The translations under genes were made by a program, and so were the position numbers. A stretch of 50,462 bases of DNA from a virus, in IMG/VR virus record IMGVR_UViG_3300049437_000005; one strand, 5' to 3'. The notes below the pieces were generated by a model. It was not told the DNA's origin and did not search any database. It saw only the letters and a list, made by a program, of their open reading frames with translations. Every line of letters starts with the position of its first letter. Position 1 is the stretch's first letter. Shown here piece by piece: positions 31,482 through 40,936 of this stretch.

Positions 31482-34400
31482 TTATTGACCCCCGTTGTAC
31501 CGACTACGCAGCCGACGCTTCCACTCAATAATCGCTTCTTGCTTGTACCCGCGTTTCTTTAGGTCTTTCTCAATCGCCTGCGATAGCTGGCTTTGTGTAA
31601 TGCCGAACTTCTTCGCTTGAGCAACGATCTGCGATACGTCGCGCCGGTAGTCGAACTTTTCCTTCGTATCCTTGTTCATCCCTTTTAGTTCGGGATGCTG
31701 CGAGATTTTGAAGGCGAAATCTTCTGCCTTGGCATTGCTGTAGTTTTGAATGCCCATTCCGAAGATAACCAAAGTTGACAGCGCCACCTTCTTATCAACA
31801 CCTTCAGACTTCATTGCCTCGTAGATGTCGCGGAACGATAACGGCGTCACGTTGCGAAGAACAGCTTGGCCGGGAGAAAGTTCCTCGCCGACCACGTTCG
31901 CACCGGATACAGTGTCGATGATCGTTCCTTGGATAGGCGCTAACTTGCTTCGGAGAAATCGCGTCCAAACGTCAGGCATCGTCATGCTGCCAAACTTGAC
32001 CTTGCCAGCGCCGAAGTTCCATACGTTTCGCAGGGCGACGGTTTCGCCGGTCGAAGCCTTGGCCTGCCCTGTGATGTTTCTGGCCGAGAACACTGTCACT
32101 TGCGATAGTCCCGAAAGCGGGTCAACCCGCAAGTCACCGAAGCGAACCTTACCGAAGTCGGCAGACCGCGGATCGAATTCAAAGACCGGGCGGTTCTTCT
32201 TGTCGCCGGTTATCTGCGCGTATGCCGCTCCGTAAGCCGCAATCGACCCATAGAACGCCGTCATTCCGATGAGCGTTTTGGCATACTCTTTTGCAATCAG
32301 CAGCCGCGTTCGAGCGGTTCCGCGCCACATGGGCTGACCAGATATGAGTTGGAAGCGGGACAGTAAGTAACGGGGCGAGAAGAAGTACGTCGCCAGCGCG
32401 TCAGCCGCGCCGCTGTACTTACCGAAGTCACCGCGCCCGGTCGCCGCGTTGACGTAGTTGGCAATGATCCTATCTTCGTAGGCGGTAGCCTCGCCGCTCT
32501 TACGCAGCCAACCGCCGCGTTGCAAGTCGGCAGTCATTACGTCGAACAAGTTGGCCCGCAAGTCATTCAACGTAGCGACATAGGCCCGCTCGGAAGCGTT
32601 CACGCCTTCGGCTGCCCATGCGATAGGCTTACCGGCTAGCCCGAACTTCTTGGCAAGTTCCGGTATCTTGTGAAGGATGCTGCCCATATAGGCTTCTTCT
32701 TGACTCGACAACCGGCCCTCGGTCACGGTCAAAGCCAAACCAGACTTGTCGTATCGCGGAGCGTTCGGTCGGCTGCGTATCTCCTCCATTGTCTCGAATT
32801 CACCTTTCTTCGAGAGCATCGACTTCACCGCCGACTTCTGCGACTTCACGCCAATTGACGGATGCCCGTAAGCGACCCAACCGCCCTGGCGTAAGATCGC
32901 AGACATATCGTAGGAAGTCATAATCGCGCGAGTCGCGTTGAATACTTCGGGAACCATCTTCCCGGTTTTCTGAAGCGGCGTCATTTTCTGATACTTCAGG
33001 CCCTCTTCTAACGCCTTGAACTTCAGTTGCTCCTCTTTAATTTGGAACTTCAAGTCGGTCGCTTCCTTATCTAGAACCCGCTTCTTCACCGGCTTCTCGG
33101 GCGGGAAGAATCCTTGCTCGACCAATTCCTTATCTTCCTGAATGCCTTCGAGCTTCTTCCTGAGACTGTTCTTGTACTTATCCTCTTCGGAGAGTTTGCG
33201 GGATTTAACCAGCGCCTTCTTCTCTTCGAGTAACTTATCCAACTCGGCCTTCTTCGCTTCGACTTCCGGCGTGATACCAACCCAGGAACCCTCGGCCTTC
33301 TTGGCTTCGACGCCCGTAAGGAACATCGTCACCTTCTGAATCGACTCGTCTAGACTCTTAGCCTTCGCGTCGATTCGTTCATCTTCCGGGTTGAGGAGAT
33401 CGCGCTTCTGCCGACGCAGTTCCGCAAGTCGTTCCTTCTTGATCCTGATTCCGACCGTATCTTCCGGTAGCTTACTCGGAACCTTCAGATTCCCGGTTCG
33501 CAATTCCTCTTCGAGTTTGCGGATATCTCGGTCAAGACCTTCGGCCCGTTTACCTTGGGTATGCTGCATCCAAGCCGCGATGAGAGTATCCTTGTGTTCG
33601 TCGAATCCCTCTTTGAGATTTTCCTTGGCTTTCGACAAGAAATCTTCGACCGTAGCAACGCCCATCTTCGCGTAGGCTTTCGCCAGCCTCACGCCCGAAG
33701 CGAGGAGATCGACATTCAACGCGCCGGATTCGCCGGTAGCAGTTTTCTTGAACGACTCACGAAGCTGATTGAATTCCTCCCATGCGGAATCGACAGCCTT
33801 CTTGGCCTGCGCAACCTTCGTCGATTGCTTCACGAATCCACGCTTCTCTTTCGGCGCAGATGCGGCAACCTCTTTTGCGTCGAGTTTCTTCTGCAACTCG
33901 GCAATCTTCGCTGCCATCTCTTTTATTTTCGCGTGTTCTTCTGGCGTGACGCTTTCGCCGTTCTTTGCGACAACAGCGCGACGGAGTAGGTTAGCGAGGG
34001 AATAATCCTTCGCCAGTTCGATCCTACGCGCGTTCAATGCCTCACTCGCAGTCGAACCGAACCTACGATAGTCGCGTTCAACCTCATCGAGTTTCTTGCG
34101 GATCGAGTCAGCCGATGCCCTGGCGGCGTCGATCTCGATTTCGTTACCAGACTTCTGCGCCTCAACCAGCCTGTCGGCGGCAATCGCGTAGTCGTTATTA
34201 AGTTGGCGATATTGAAGCTGGACAGCCGCCGTCTGAACGCCGTTAAGCGCCATACCGGTTTTCTTCGCGGCAGCCATTACGTTTTCGGCGTAAGACGGTT
34301 CTTGCTGAACCCGCGATTTCGCTTCGTCGAGATACTTCTGGAAAGCGCCATCGCCGGTCGGGTTACTAACAAGCGGTTCGTCGCCGCGACTTGGGCGAAG

Positions 34401-35915
34401 ATCGTTGACTCCTTGATTCTTAATGCTAGTAGCCGGGGGAATGTCGGCTGGTAGTTGACCGGCAGGCGGCGGCTCCGTGGGCGGCGCAGCCTGTTCGACC
34501 TTCGCTTGCTCGACTGCCGCCTCAATCTCCGGTTTCGTAGGATTGTCAATAATCGACGGCGCAGCCTCGGGCGGAGCAACCTCGGCGGGCGGCTGCTCGA
34601 AGTTCTCGGGCGCGGCGGGCGCAGCATTAGGGTCTTGCGGGGCCTGCTGACCCATGAGTTCGTCAGCCAAGCGACGAACCTCATCGCGTCGGTAGGTTTC
34701 GCTGAACTGCTTGGCGGGCGGTTTCTTCAGGCCCCAATCCTTCCACTGTGCGCGGGTAGGAGTTTCGCCGCTTCGGGCCGCGTTGATAATCTCTTGATTG
34801 ACTCGCTCTTGCTTGATCGTGCCGGTAGTGACGTTCCCTTGCTCGCCACCTTGACCGATACGAGTCAGCGAACCGGGCAATCCTACAACGGCGTTCGGGC
34901 CGAGAGACTTCAGATAGGTATCGGCGGCGGTATAGATGTACTTACGAACGTCGGGGTCTTGACCCATTGCAAAGTCTTTAATCGCTTCGTCGATTGCCTT
35001 CCCGCCAGCCATAGCGGAAGGTCCGTGAATACCAGCCGTCTTGATATAATGCTTCACGAAGCCATCGGCGAGTTGACCGCGAACCGCTTGCTCGCTCCAT
35101 CCCTTCGGCATTAACTTCTTCTGGAACCCAACGAACAAGGCGCTCTGAAGGGCCGCGCTTGAAGCTGCCGCCCATCGGGCCGTGCTTGGAGCAACCCCCT
35201 TATCAATCAATTCGTCGTAGGTCGCCTGATACATTCCGGGGGCAAAAGTCGCGGCACCGGAGATGTTCTCGGCAGCCCCGGCGATGCCCTTACCAGCGCC
35301 AACAGCCTTAGCGCCCATGCCAACGAGACTTCCGGCAGCGTTCGCGGCCATTAACGAAGGAACCATCTCGACGGCGTTACCAAGCGATTCCTTCGGGCTG
35401 TACCACGCAGCGCCAGGATCGCGCACCGGATCAGCCTTCTCCCAAACCGCCATAACTTGCCGGGCAAACTTCCGCTGCTCATCGGTCGCACCTTCGGCGT
35501 TTCCGATTCGCCCGACCGTCGAAGTCAAGTCTGCCATGCCTCGCATGAGTCGGTCGAGAGTCTTGCCCGCAACGCCTTGGCTCGAATACGACTTCTTCTT
35601 GCCCCCAAGTTCGTAAACGGCATCAAGGAATTCTTCTTGCTGCTCGGGCGGTATCCGCATCGCGGCGTCGAGCGAGGCAACGCTATTCGGCGCAACGCTC
35701 GTCAACTTGTCGGCGACCCTGTAGGCGGGCGATTGATAGTCGGGATTACCGGCCAGCTTATCAAACTGATCGATGGCAGACTTATCGACAGCCGCCTTGG
35801 GCTGCATCGGCTCGGCTCCGTACATCGCGTCAAACTTCGCCAGCGGATCGCTGTCGGAAGGCTGCGCGGAATCGGCCCCAAACATCTCGTCAAATTTGTT
35901 GATTAAGTCGGTCAT
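31482..35915 (-). CDS. Giant virion protein (1477 aa), T7 gp16-like internal/ejection protein candidate
   Basis: Largest ORF, at the end of the structural operon after smaller core-like ORFs. K/E-rich coiled-coil centre. N-terminal triple KFDxMxGA repeats. No tail-tube or chaperone context that would suggest a tape measure. Confidence 0.5.
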   Translation of the reverse strand: MTDLINKFDEMFGADSAQPSDSDPLAKFDAMYGAEPMQPKAAVDKSAIDQFDKLAGNPDYQSPAYRVADKLTSVAPNSVASLDAAMRIPPEQQEEFLDAVYELGGKKKSYSSQGVAGKTLDRLMRGMADLTSTVGRIGNAEGATDEQRKFARQVMAVWEKADPVRDPGAAWYSPKESLGNAVEMVPSLMAANAAGSLVGMGAKAVGAGKGIAGAAENISGAATFAPGMYQATYDELIDKGVAPSTARWAAASSAALQSALFVGFQKKLMPKGWSEQAVRGQLADGFVKHYIKTAGIHGPSAMAGGKAIDEAIKDFAMGQDPDVRKYIYTAADTYLKSLGPNAVVGLPGSLTRIGQGGEQGNVTTGTIKQERVNQEIINAARSGETPTRAQWKDWGLKKPPAKQFSETYRRDEVRRLADELMGQQAPQDPNAAPAAPENFEQPPAEVAPPEAAPSIIDNPTKPEIEAAVEQAKVEQAAPPTEPPPAGQLPADIPPATSIKNQGVNDLRPSRGDEPLVSNPTGDGAFQKYLDEAKSRVQQEPSYAENVMAAAKKTGMALNGVQTAAVQLQYRQLNNDYAIAADRLVEAQKSGNEIEIDAARASADSIRKKLDEVERDYRRFGSTASEALNARRIELAKDYSLANLLRRAVVAKNGESVTPEEHAKIKEMAAKIAELQKKLDAKEVAASAPKEKRGFVKQSTKVAQAKKAVDSAWEEFNQLRESFKKTATGESGALNVDLLASGVRLAKAYAKMGVATVEDFLSKAKENLKEGFDEHKDTLIAAWMQHTQGKRAEGLDRDIRKLEEELRTGNLKVPSKLPEDTVGIRIKKERLAELRRQKRDLLNPEDERIDAKAKSLDESIQKVTMFLTGVEAKKAEGSWVGITPEVEAKKAELDKLLEEKKALVKSRKLSEEDKYKNSLRKKLEGIQEDKELVEQGFFPPEKPVKKRVLDKEATDLKFQIKEEQLKFKALEEGLKYQKMTPLQKTGKMVPEVFNATRAIMTSYDMSAILRQGGWVAYGHPSIGVKSQKSAVKSMLSKKGEFETMEEIRSRPNAPRYDKSGLALTVTEGRLSSQEEAYMGSILHKIPELAKKFGLAGKPIAWAAEGVNASERAYVATLNDLRANLFDVMTADLQRGGWLRKSGEATAYEDRIIANYVNAATGRGDFGKYSGAADALATYFFSPRYLLSRFQLISGQPMWRGTARTRLLIAKEYAKTLIGMTAFYGSIAAYGAAYAQITGDKKNRPVFEFDPRSADFGKVRFGDLRVDPLSGLSQVTVFSARNITGQAKASTGETVALRNVWNFGAGKVKFGSMTMPDVWTRFLRSKLAPIQGTIIDTVSGANVVGEELSPGQAVLRNVTPLSFRDIYEAMKSEGVDKKVALSTLVIFGMGIQNYSNAKAEDFAFKISQHPELKGMNKDTKEKFDYRRDVSQIVAQAKKFGITQSQLSQAIEKDLKKRGYKQEAIIEWKRRLRSRYNGGQ

Positions 35916-35921
35916 TGTGAG

Positions 35922-36881
35922 TTATTGCGAAAGGAAGCGTCGGGCGGCTCGGGCGCGGGCGGCGAAGTCGGGGTCTTTCATCTTCTCGGGATTAGCGATT
36001 GCGTCTTGGATAATCGCACTCGCATTCTGCCTTCCAGTATCCGTCGATGAAACGGACTGCTGAGTAACCGCTGGCGGCTGTGCGCCTGGCTGCTGCAACT
36101 CAGCTTCGATTGCGGGTTGCTGCCAGCCACCTTCCAGGCCCCACAACTCTTGCTGTTCACGAACGAACTGCTGCTTCTCGGCGAAGGTTGCATCACGCGT
36201 AGCAGCCGGATCGTCGGCAGTCGGAGATGGCATCGTAAGGCCCTTGACTTCATCCGAAATCATCTTCAGCTTAGCAATTCGCCAAGCGCTATGATCGGCG
36301 AGTTGCTGCTTCGTGATGTTGTGTTCGTTTTGAATCGCCATGACCATCGGCGAATTCTTGTCGGGCGTGAACGTCGAAACGGAACCGTCAGGCTTTCGCG
36401 TGACAGCGCCGTATTGAGGGTGATCCCAAATGTCGCCGATACCCTGCCCATCGGGATAGGACGATAGGCGAGGAAGATCGGCGGGCTGGATGCCGAGTTT
36501 CTTTATCTGAACCGCACGATGAGCGGCAACACGTTCAGCTTCCGTGAAGTTCGGATTGTTGTCGATCTCGTTTTCAACAGCCGACAGCCGGGTAAGTTCG
36601 GCCTTCTGCTTCGCCGTGTACCGCTTCTCGAAGTTGGCGGCGTCGAATTGGGCCTTCGCCTGAATGGCCTGCATTCGTGCGTCGGATTGCTGCTGAACGA
36701 TTCGCTCGGCTTCCGTAGGGATACCCATGCGTTGCCGCTGGTAATCCTCGCGGATACCTTGATGCCGCATCTCCTGCGCAAAATCCTGCTGGCGCTGAAG
36801 TTCCAATCCTCCCCAATCCGGCTCGGCGGTATAGGACGGCTCGGTTATGTGCGTACCGGGATAATATCGACGACTCGGCAT
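35922..36881 (-). CDS. Virion-associated hypothetical protein (internal core candidate)
   Basis: 319-aa ORF in the structural operon, Q/A-rich. Call is by position only. Confidence 0.4.
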   Translation of the reverse strand: MPSRRYYPGTHITEPSYTAEPDWGGLELQRQQDFAQEMRHQGIREDYQRQRMGIPTEAERIVQQQSDARMQAIQAKAQFDAANFEKRYTAKQKAELTRLSAVENEIDNNPNFTEAERVAAHRAVQIKKLGIQPADLPRLSSYPDGQGIGDIWDHPQYGAVTRKPDGSVSTFTPDKNSPMVMAIQNEHNITKQQLADHSAWRIAKLKMISDEVKGLTMPSPTADDPAATRDATFAEKQQFVREQQELWGLEGGWQQPAIEAELQQPGAQPPAVTQQSVSSTDTGRQNASAIIQDAIANPEKMKDPDFAARARAARRFLSQ

Positions 36882-36890
36882 GATCTGATC

Positions 36891-37412
36891 CTACAGAGAA
36901 AAGGTCGGAAGTTTCGGGGCAAGGGCGCTGATCGCAGTCGAAGTAACTTGAGGGTCCATGCCCTGATAATTGAATCCTTGCATGACGCCAAGTTTCGTGC
37001 CTAGCATCTGGTCGGCGAGGCGGTTCAGCGCGCCACTCTGCTCGCGCTGAATGCCGGCCTGGACAGTAGGAGCGATGGTTGTATTCGCCATCCCAAGGCG
37101 GGCAAGTTGCTGCATTGAGTCTGCACGCTGCTTGTTGAAACCGGCGATTGTGTCGGCTTTCTGCTGTCCAGAGACTTGATTGACAAGTCCAAGCTGCTGC
37201 TGGTATTTCTGCTCGTTTGCAGCCTTAGCAGCGTTATATGCGTTGTTGTACTGATCGAGCAGGCTATTCATTCCTCCTTGAACTTGCTGCTGTTGTCCAA
37301 GCAGGCCTTGATAAAGGCCGTACTTCAGATTAAATTGGCGCTTTTCTTCTTTCGCCTGATCGACGGCAAGCGCTGACTGTACTGGATCAAGATTCATCGA
37401 CTGGAAACCCAT
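36891..37412 (-). CDS. Q-rich virion-associated hypothetical protein
   Basis: 173-aa ORF. Call is by position only. Confidence 0.4.
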   Translation of the reverse strand: MGFQSMNLDPVQSALAVDQAKEEKRQFNLKYGLYQGLLGQQQQVQGGMNSLLDQYNNAYNAAKAANEQKYQQQLGLVNQVSGQQKADTIAGFNKQRADSMQQLARLGMANTTIAPTVQAGIQREQSGALNRLADQMLGTKLGVMQGFNYQGMDPQVTSTAISALAPKLPTFSL

Positions 37413-37421
37413 TGCAATCTC

Positions 37422-38318
37422 CTATTCTTCTGAAACGGTACACGTTCCGTTTCCATGAGTTGTTATTGTGAAACTACGATCATAAGACTCGCTATACACT
37501 CCATACGAAGAAGCATCCATTGGATATGACTCGCTGAATATCTCTTCGCTTCCATTTAACACCCTCAGTACAAATGTAGAGCTTACAGATGAATTAGCGC
37601 CTTCTGCCGATGATGCCGCTAGCGACCCAATGTTAAGCGTATAAACTATTTCGCCTGAGTTTTGCTCAATAACTCCAACAGCAACAGGAAGATTAACTGT
37701 CGAGTGGCCAATTCCAACGTCTCCATCTCCGGTAGAAGTTGAGTCGTCAACGCCGTTTCCGTTGCTTATGCTCGCTGCGCAGAAATTCACTCCATCTGAC
37801 AAGTTAAATCCGGCAGCAGCATTCGCGTCGTCAGTTGAAGTTGCAGTCGCAGTCAATGTAACTTCAACCCTCATCATGCTTACTGTGTTTATTACTGTAG
37901 ATGATTCGTTTTGTAGGACAGTCCCAAGCCCGAATGGGTCGCTTGAAGCCGACCAGTTAATTGTCTTTCCTGCGTCTGACGCCTGAGTTGAAACCTCAAC
38001 GCTTCCAGAGTAAAACAAATCTCCATCAATTGAAAATGAAGATGCGCCTACATGCTCATTCTCATCTCCGTCAAGTAATCCCGTAAGGCTTAATGCACCA
38101 GATGGAGCAGAAGTTCTATACGTTCCATGATCGTACACTGTGACAATTGCAGTTGCCGTCTGTCCAGGATTAACGGATAGCGGAGCGCTAATTACGATTG
38201 AATATGACGGCTCGTACCCTGGCGGGAATGCCCCAGGAAACGGCCAGTCGATCTTCCATCCGGGAGGATAGTCAGAGGCAACGACGACAGCGGGTTTTGC
38301 GACGTAAGCGCCTGACAT
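37422..38318 (-). CDS. Hypothetical S/T/G-rich beta-rich protein of the low-GC fibre cassette
   Basis: 298 aa. Low-GC coding sequence. TAATG-coupled to the tailspike gene. Confidence 0.45.
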   Translation of the reverse strand: MSGAYVAKPAVVVASDYPPGWKIDWPFPGAFPPGYEPSYSIVISAPLSVNPGQTATAIVTVYDHGTYRTSAPSGALSLTGLLDGDENEHVGASSFSIDGDLFYSGSVEVSTQASDAGKTINWSASSDPFGLGTVLQNESSTVINTVSMMRVEVTLTATATSTDDANAAAGFNLSDGVNFCAASISNGNGVDDSTSTGDGDVGIGHSTVNLPVAVGVIEQNSGEIVYTLNIGSLAASSAEGANSSVSSTFVLRVLNGSEEIFSESYPMDASSYGVYSESYDRSFTITTHGNGTCTVSEE

Positions 38319-39682
38319 TATGTTGCAACCTGAATGTATGAGTTGTTATTCGCAATCGTGTCTGCTGTCGGGCTTACGTTCGTTCCGTTGTTAGCAACAG
38401 ATGAGTTTACTGCGGTTATGTAGCTGCCGTTGTGGCACCACATTCCAGTACCAGTGTTGTAGCTTACGACGCTCGCAGAAGTAGCAGAATAGACGTAGCT
38501 TGCGTTAACAACGTCCATTCCAGTAGTATTTCCGCATACAATTGCGTAACACTCGCCGTTGGAATTAGTGAAGTACACCCCAGTCGTGTTTCCACTAAAA
38601 ATTCCGTTGTTCATCCTAGCTACTGACGACCACACATACACTCCGTATGTGCAGCCACTAGCCATGCAGGCTGCGAAGCCGGAAATTCCATTACCGTAGA
38701 TTAAGTATCCATATAGGCATCCGACAATACCGAACGGAGCAGTCGCCGTAAAGTTTGCATTGCTTACACTTACTCCTCTTCCAGTCGAATTGCCCACAAG
38801 AACTATTTTAGTTATATTTGCGAGATTAGCCCCGGCAGACAGCGCAAGAACATTCGTGCCAGCAGTAGAAGATCGAATTACCGTCTTAACGACAGTAGCA
38901 GTTCCAGCAACCGCGCCTGATGGTGCTGAACTGTACTTGCTTGTTGACGCAACTGTAATTCTGTTATTTGGCTCGTCAACATTCGTAATCGCCCAACAGC
39001 CCATCAATGTTTCCGGTCGCGTTCCGCCAGTGCAGCCGGATATTAAAGCGTAGTCTCCAACCACTACATTAGTGACGTTATTCAAATTAAGGATAATCGA
39101 ATATGCGCCAGCGGAACCAGACGACGACTGAATCGAACTAATCGTCTTTGCGTATGAATTAGTTCCTGTAATCGTTATCCTGTTCGCGTCTTTATGGGTG
39201 ACTGTCGTATTGGCCCAATCGAAGGTTCCGTCACCGATGTTGATTATAACTGACACGCCGGAACCAATAGAATAGCTGTTGAGGTACGTTAATGCCTGAC
39301 TTAAAGTGGCCCAAGGGTTCCCAGATGTACCGTCGCCAGTCGAATCGCTTCCAGCAGCAGACACATACAAGTTCGTAGGGTTAGTCAGTATGATTCGCTG
39401 GGTGTCGTTGCCCCACGACGTTCCGTTGAAGTACGAGAAGTAGTTCGTCGTCTCATTCCAAATCTGCCAACCCTCGCTCGGAGTATCGAACGTCCAGACA
39501 GGACCCGTTGCGTTACTGCACCACGCAATTTTGTTCTCTTGGCTAGTCCATGCGCCAGTTGCCGTAGCAACAACCAAGTACCGATCTCCCTTCGCCGGTC
39601 CTGCTGGTGGAGAAGAAAGCGACCCCCTGACAGTTTGCTGCCAAGGAAACGAGCCAAGTTCAGGAACGCGATATTGAGTCAT
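38318..39682 (-). CDS. Tailspike with parallel beta-helix (pectate-lyase-like) repeats; putative polysaccharide depolymerase
   Basis: The N-terminal ~95 aa are homologous to 39689..40663. The C-terminal part has repeated GNSTGRG / GNTTGVY / GNTTGMD / NTGTGMW turns typical of PbH1 beta-helix repeats. Confidence 0.6.
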   Translation of the reverse strand: MTQYRVPELGSFPWQQTVRGSLSSPPAGPAKGDRYLVVATATGAWTSQENKIAWCSNATGPVWTFDTPSEGWQIWNETTNYFSYFNGTSWGNDTQRIILTNPTNLYVSAAGSDSTGDGTSGNPWATLSQALTYLNSYSIGSGVSVIINIGDGTFDWANTTVTHKDANRITITGTNSYAKTISSIQSSSGSAGAYSIILNLNNVTNVVVGDYALISGCTGGTRPETLMGCWAITNVDEPNNRITVASTSKYSSAPSGAVAGTATVVKTVIRSSTAGTNVLALSAGANLANITKIVLVGNSTGRGVSVSNANFTATAPFGIVGCLYGYLIYGNGISGFAACMASGCTYGVYVWSSVARMNNGIFSGNTTGVYFTNSNGECYAIVCGNTTGMDVVNASYVYSATSASVVSYNTGTGMWCHNGSYITAVNSSVANNGTNVSPTADTIANNNSYIQVAT

Positions 39683-39688
39683 GTTTGC

Positions 39689-40663
39689 CTATAACACAGT
39701 AAGCATCTTGTATGTGCATTTCCAATTGATTGTTGTCGCAGCAGCGCCGGTAACTTGCATCCTGACATTAACTCCATCAATCACGCAGGTAGCGTTCCAT
39801 GCACCAATTGATTCGCTAGTGTAAGTGTTGCCAACACCAGTCAATACTACGGCCAAAGCACCAGTTGGATTTGCGTAGTTTGTTGTGCGTATATACCCTG
39901 CTATATTCGCCTTATTTCCCATATCGACGCCAATAAAGCGCGCTTCAAGTAGAACGCAAGCGCCATTTGGTATTTCGACACTCGCTATCGTTGTAGGCGT
40001 AGCATCAGTCGTCGTTGCAGTGTACTCGTTTAATTCGCTAACAGAATTCCAAGAATCAACGTCGCCTTGCGTTATTCCAGCGGCAACAGATGCGGAGAAT
40101 ACTGGGTCGCTCTCTTCAGTTAAGTACCCTGCAATCGCATGGCTTCCCCAGCTATAAGCAGTATCCCAATTAGAGTGATTGTCATAGGCTGACTGCCATG
40201 AGGAAAATACAGGATCAGTTTCAGTGTACGGATTAGGCCCCGAACCGCTAGTTAAGAGGCAATCTAAGTCCGCGTCGATTACTAGGCTAGATTCCCATGC
40301 GTCGTCCCAATTCTCGTGGTGGTCGTATGCCGATTCCCATGCAACAAAAACAGGGTCAGACTCCTCCTCAAGACCACCAGTTACAAGTTCTCCCCATGCG
40401 GAACCGTCAAAGCAAAAGTACTTACTAGCTGCCCTATTCCACGAAATCCATCCCTCGCTCGGAGCGTCAAGCGTCCATATAGGCCCAGTCTCGTTGCTGC
40501 ACCACGCGACTTCACCATCATGCCCAACCCAGTCGCCGGTAGCAGAACTGTCTATGATATACCTATCTCCACGCAGCGGAGAGGCTGGCGGCGATGCTAG
40601 TACATCAATAACTTGCTGCTGCCAGCAAAATGTTCCTAACTCTGGTAGCCTAAGTATTGCCAT
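39689..40663 (-). CDS. Tail fibre protein
   Basis: Shares the N-terminal domain (PELG.F.WQQ...SPPA.P..GDRY......G.W......IAWCSN.TGP.WT.D.PSEGW) with the tailspike. Shares E(S/T)DP(V/L)F...NWD.AY.WG.HA.AGYLT repeats with 40937..41875. Confidence 0.65.
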   Translation of the reverse strand: MAILRLPELGTFCWQQQVIDVLASPPASPLRGDRYIIDSSATGDWVGHDGEVAWCSNETGPIWTLDAPSEGWISWNRAASKYFCFDGSAWGELVTGGLEEESDPVFVAWESAYDHHENWDDAWESSLVIDADLDCLLTSGSGPNPYTETDPVFSSWQSAYDNHSNWDTAYSWGSHAIAGYLTEESDPVFSASVAAGITQGDVDSWNSVSELNEYTATTTDATPTTIASVEIPNGACVLLEARFIGVDMGNKANIAGYIRTTNYANPTGALAVVLTGVGNTYTSESIGAWNATCVIDGVNVRMQVTGAAATTINWKCTYKMLTVL

Positions 40664-40932
40664 TATGGTTTGCTGGCAGAAGATTGTGACTCGATAGACT
40701 CTTTAATCGCAATACACTGTCCTAGCCTAACAGAAGATTGTTCTATGATATCTTGCTCTGCACTAATGTATGAGTCTATTTTCGCTTTTGTCCCAATGAA
40801 AACAAGTACAGGAACGATTGTGTCCTTTTCTCCGTCATATACAGAAACGGTAGAGTCCATATCATACACTTCGTATGAATCTGGATATTCTGGCGATTTC
40901 TCTTCTGGTATTTTTACTGCTTTTAGTCTCAT
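40663..40932 (-). CDS. Small hypothetical protein between fibre genes (possible fibre chaperone)
   Basis: 89 aa. TAATG-coupled. Call is by position only. Confidence 0.35.
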   Translation of the reverse strand: MRLKAVKIPEEKSPEYPDSYEVYDMDSTVSVYDGEKDTIVPVLVFIGTKAKIDSYISAEQDIIEQSSVRLGQCIAIKESIESQSSASKP

Positions 40933-40936
40933 GGCA

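Noticed and set aside
31482-35915. The 1477-aa ORF as a tape measure protein, which would imply a siphovirus or myovirus.
   Set aside because: There are no tail tube, sheath, tail-assembly-chaperone frameshift pair or baseplate genes upstream. The gene order (adaptor-like, large nozzle-like, fibres, three mid-size proteins, giant protein) matches podovirus internal-virion modules better. This remains unproven without a structure or profile search.
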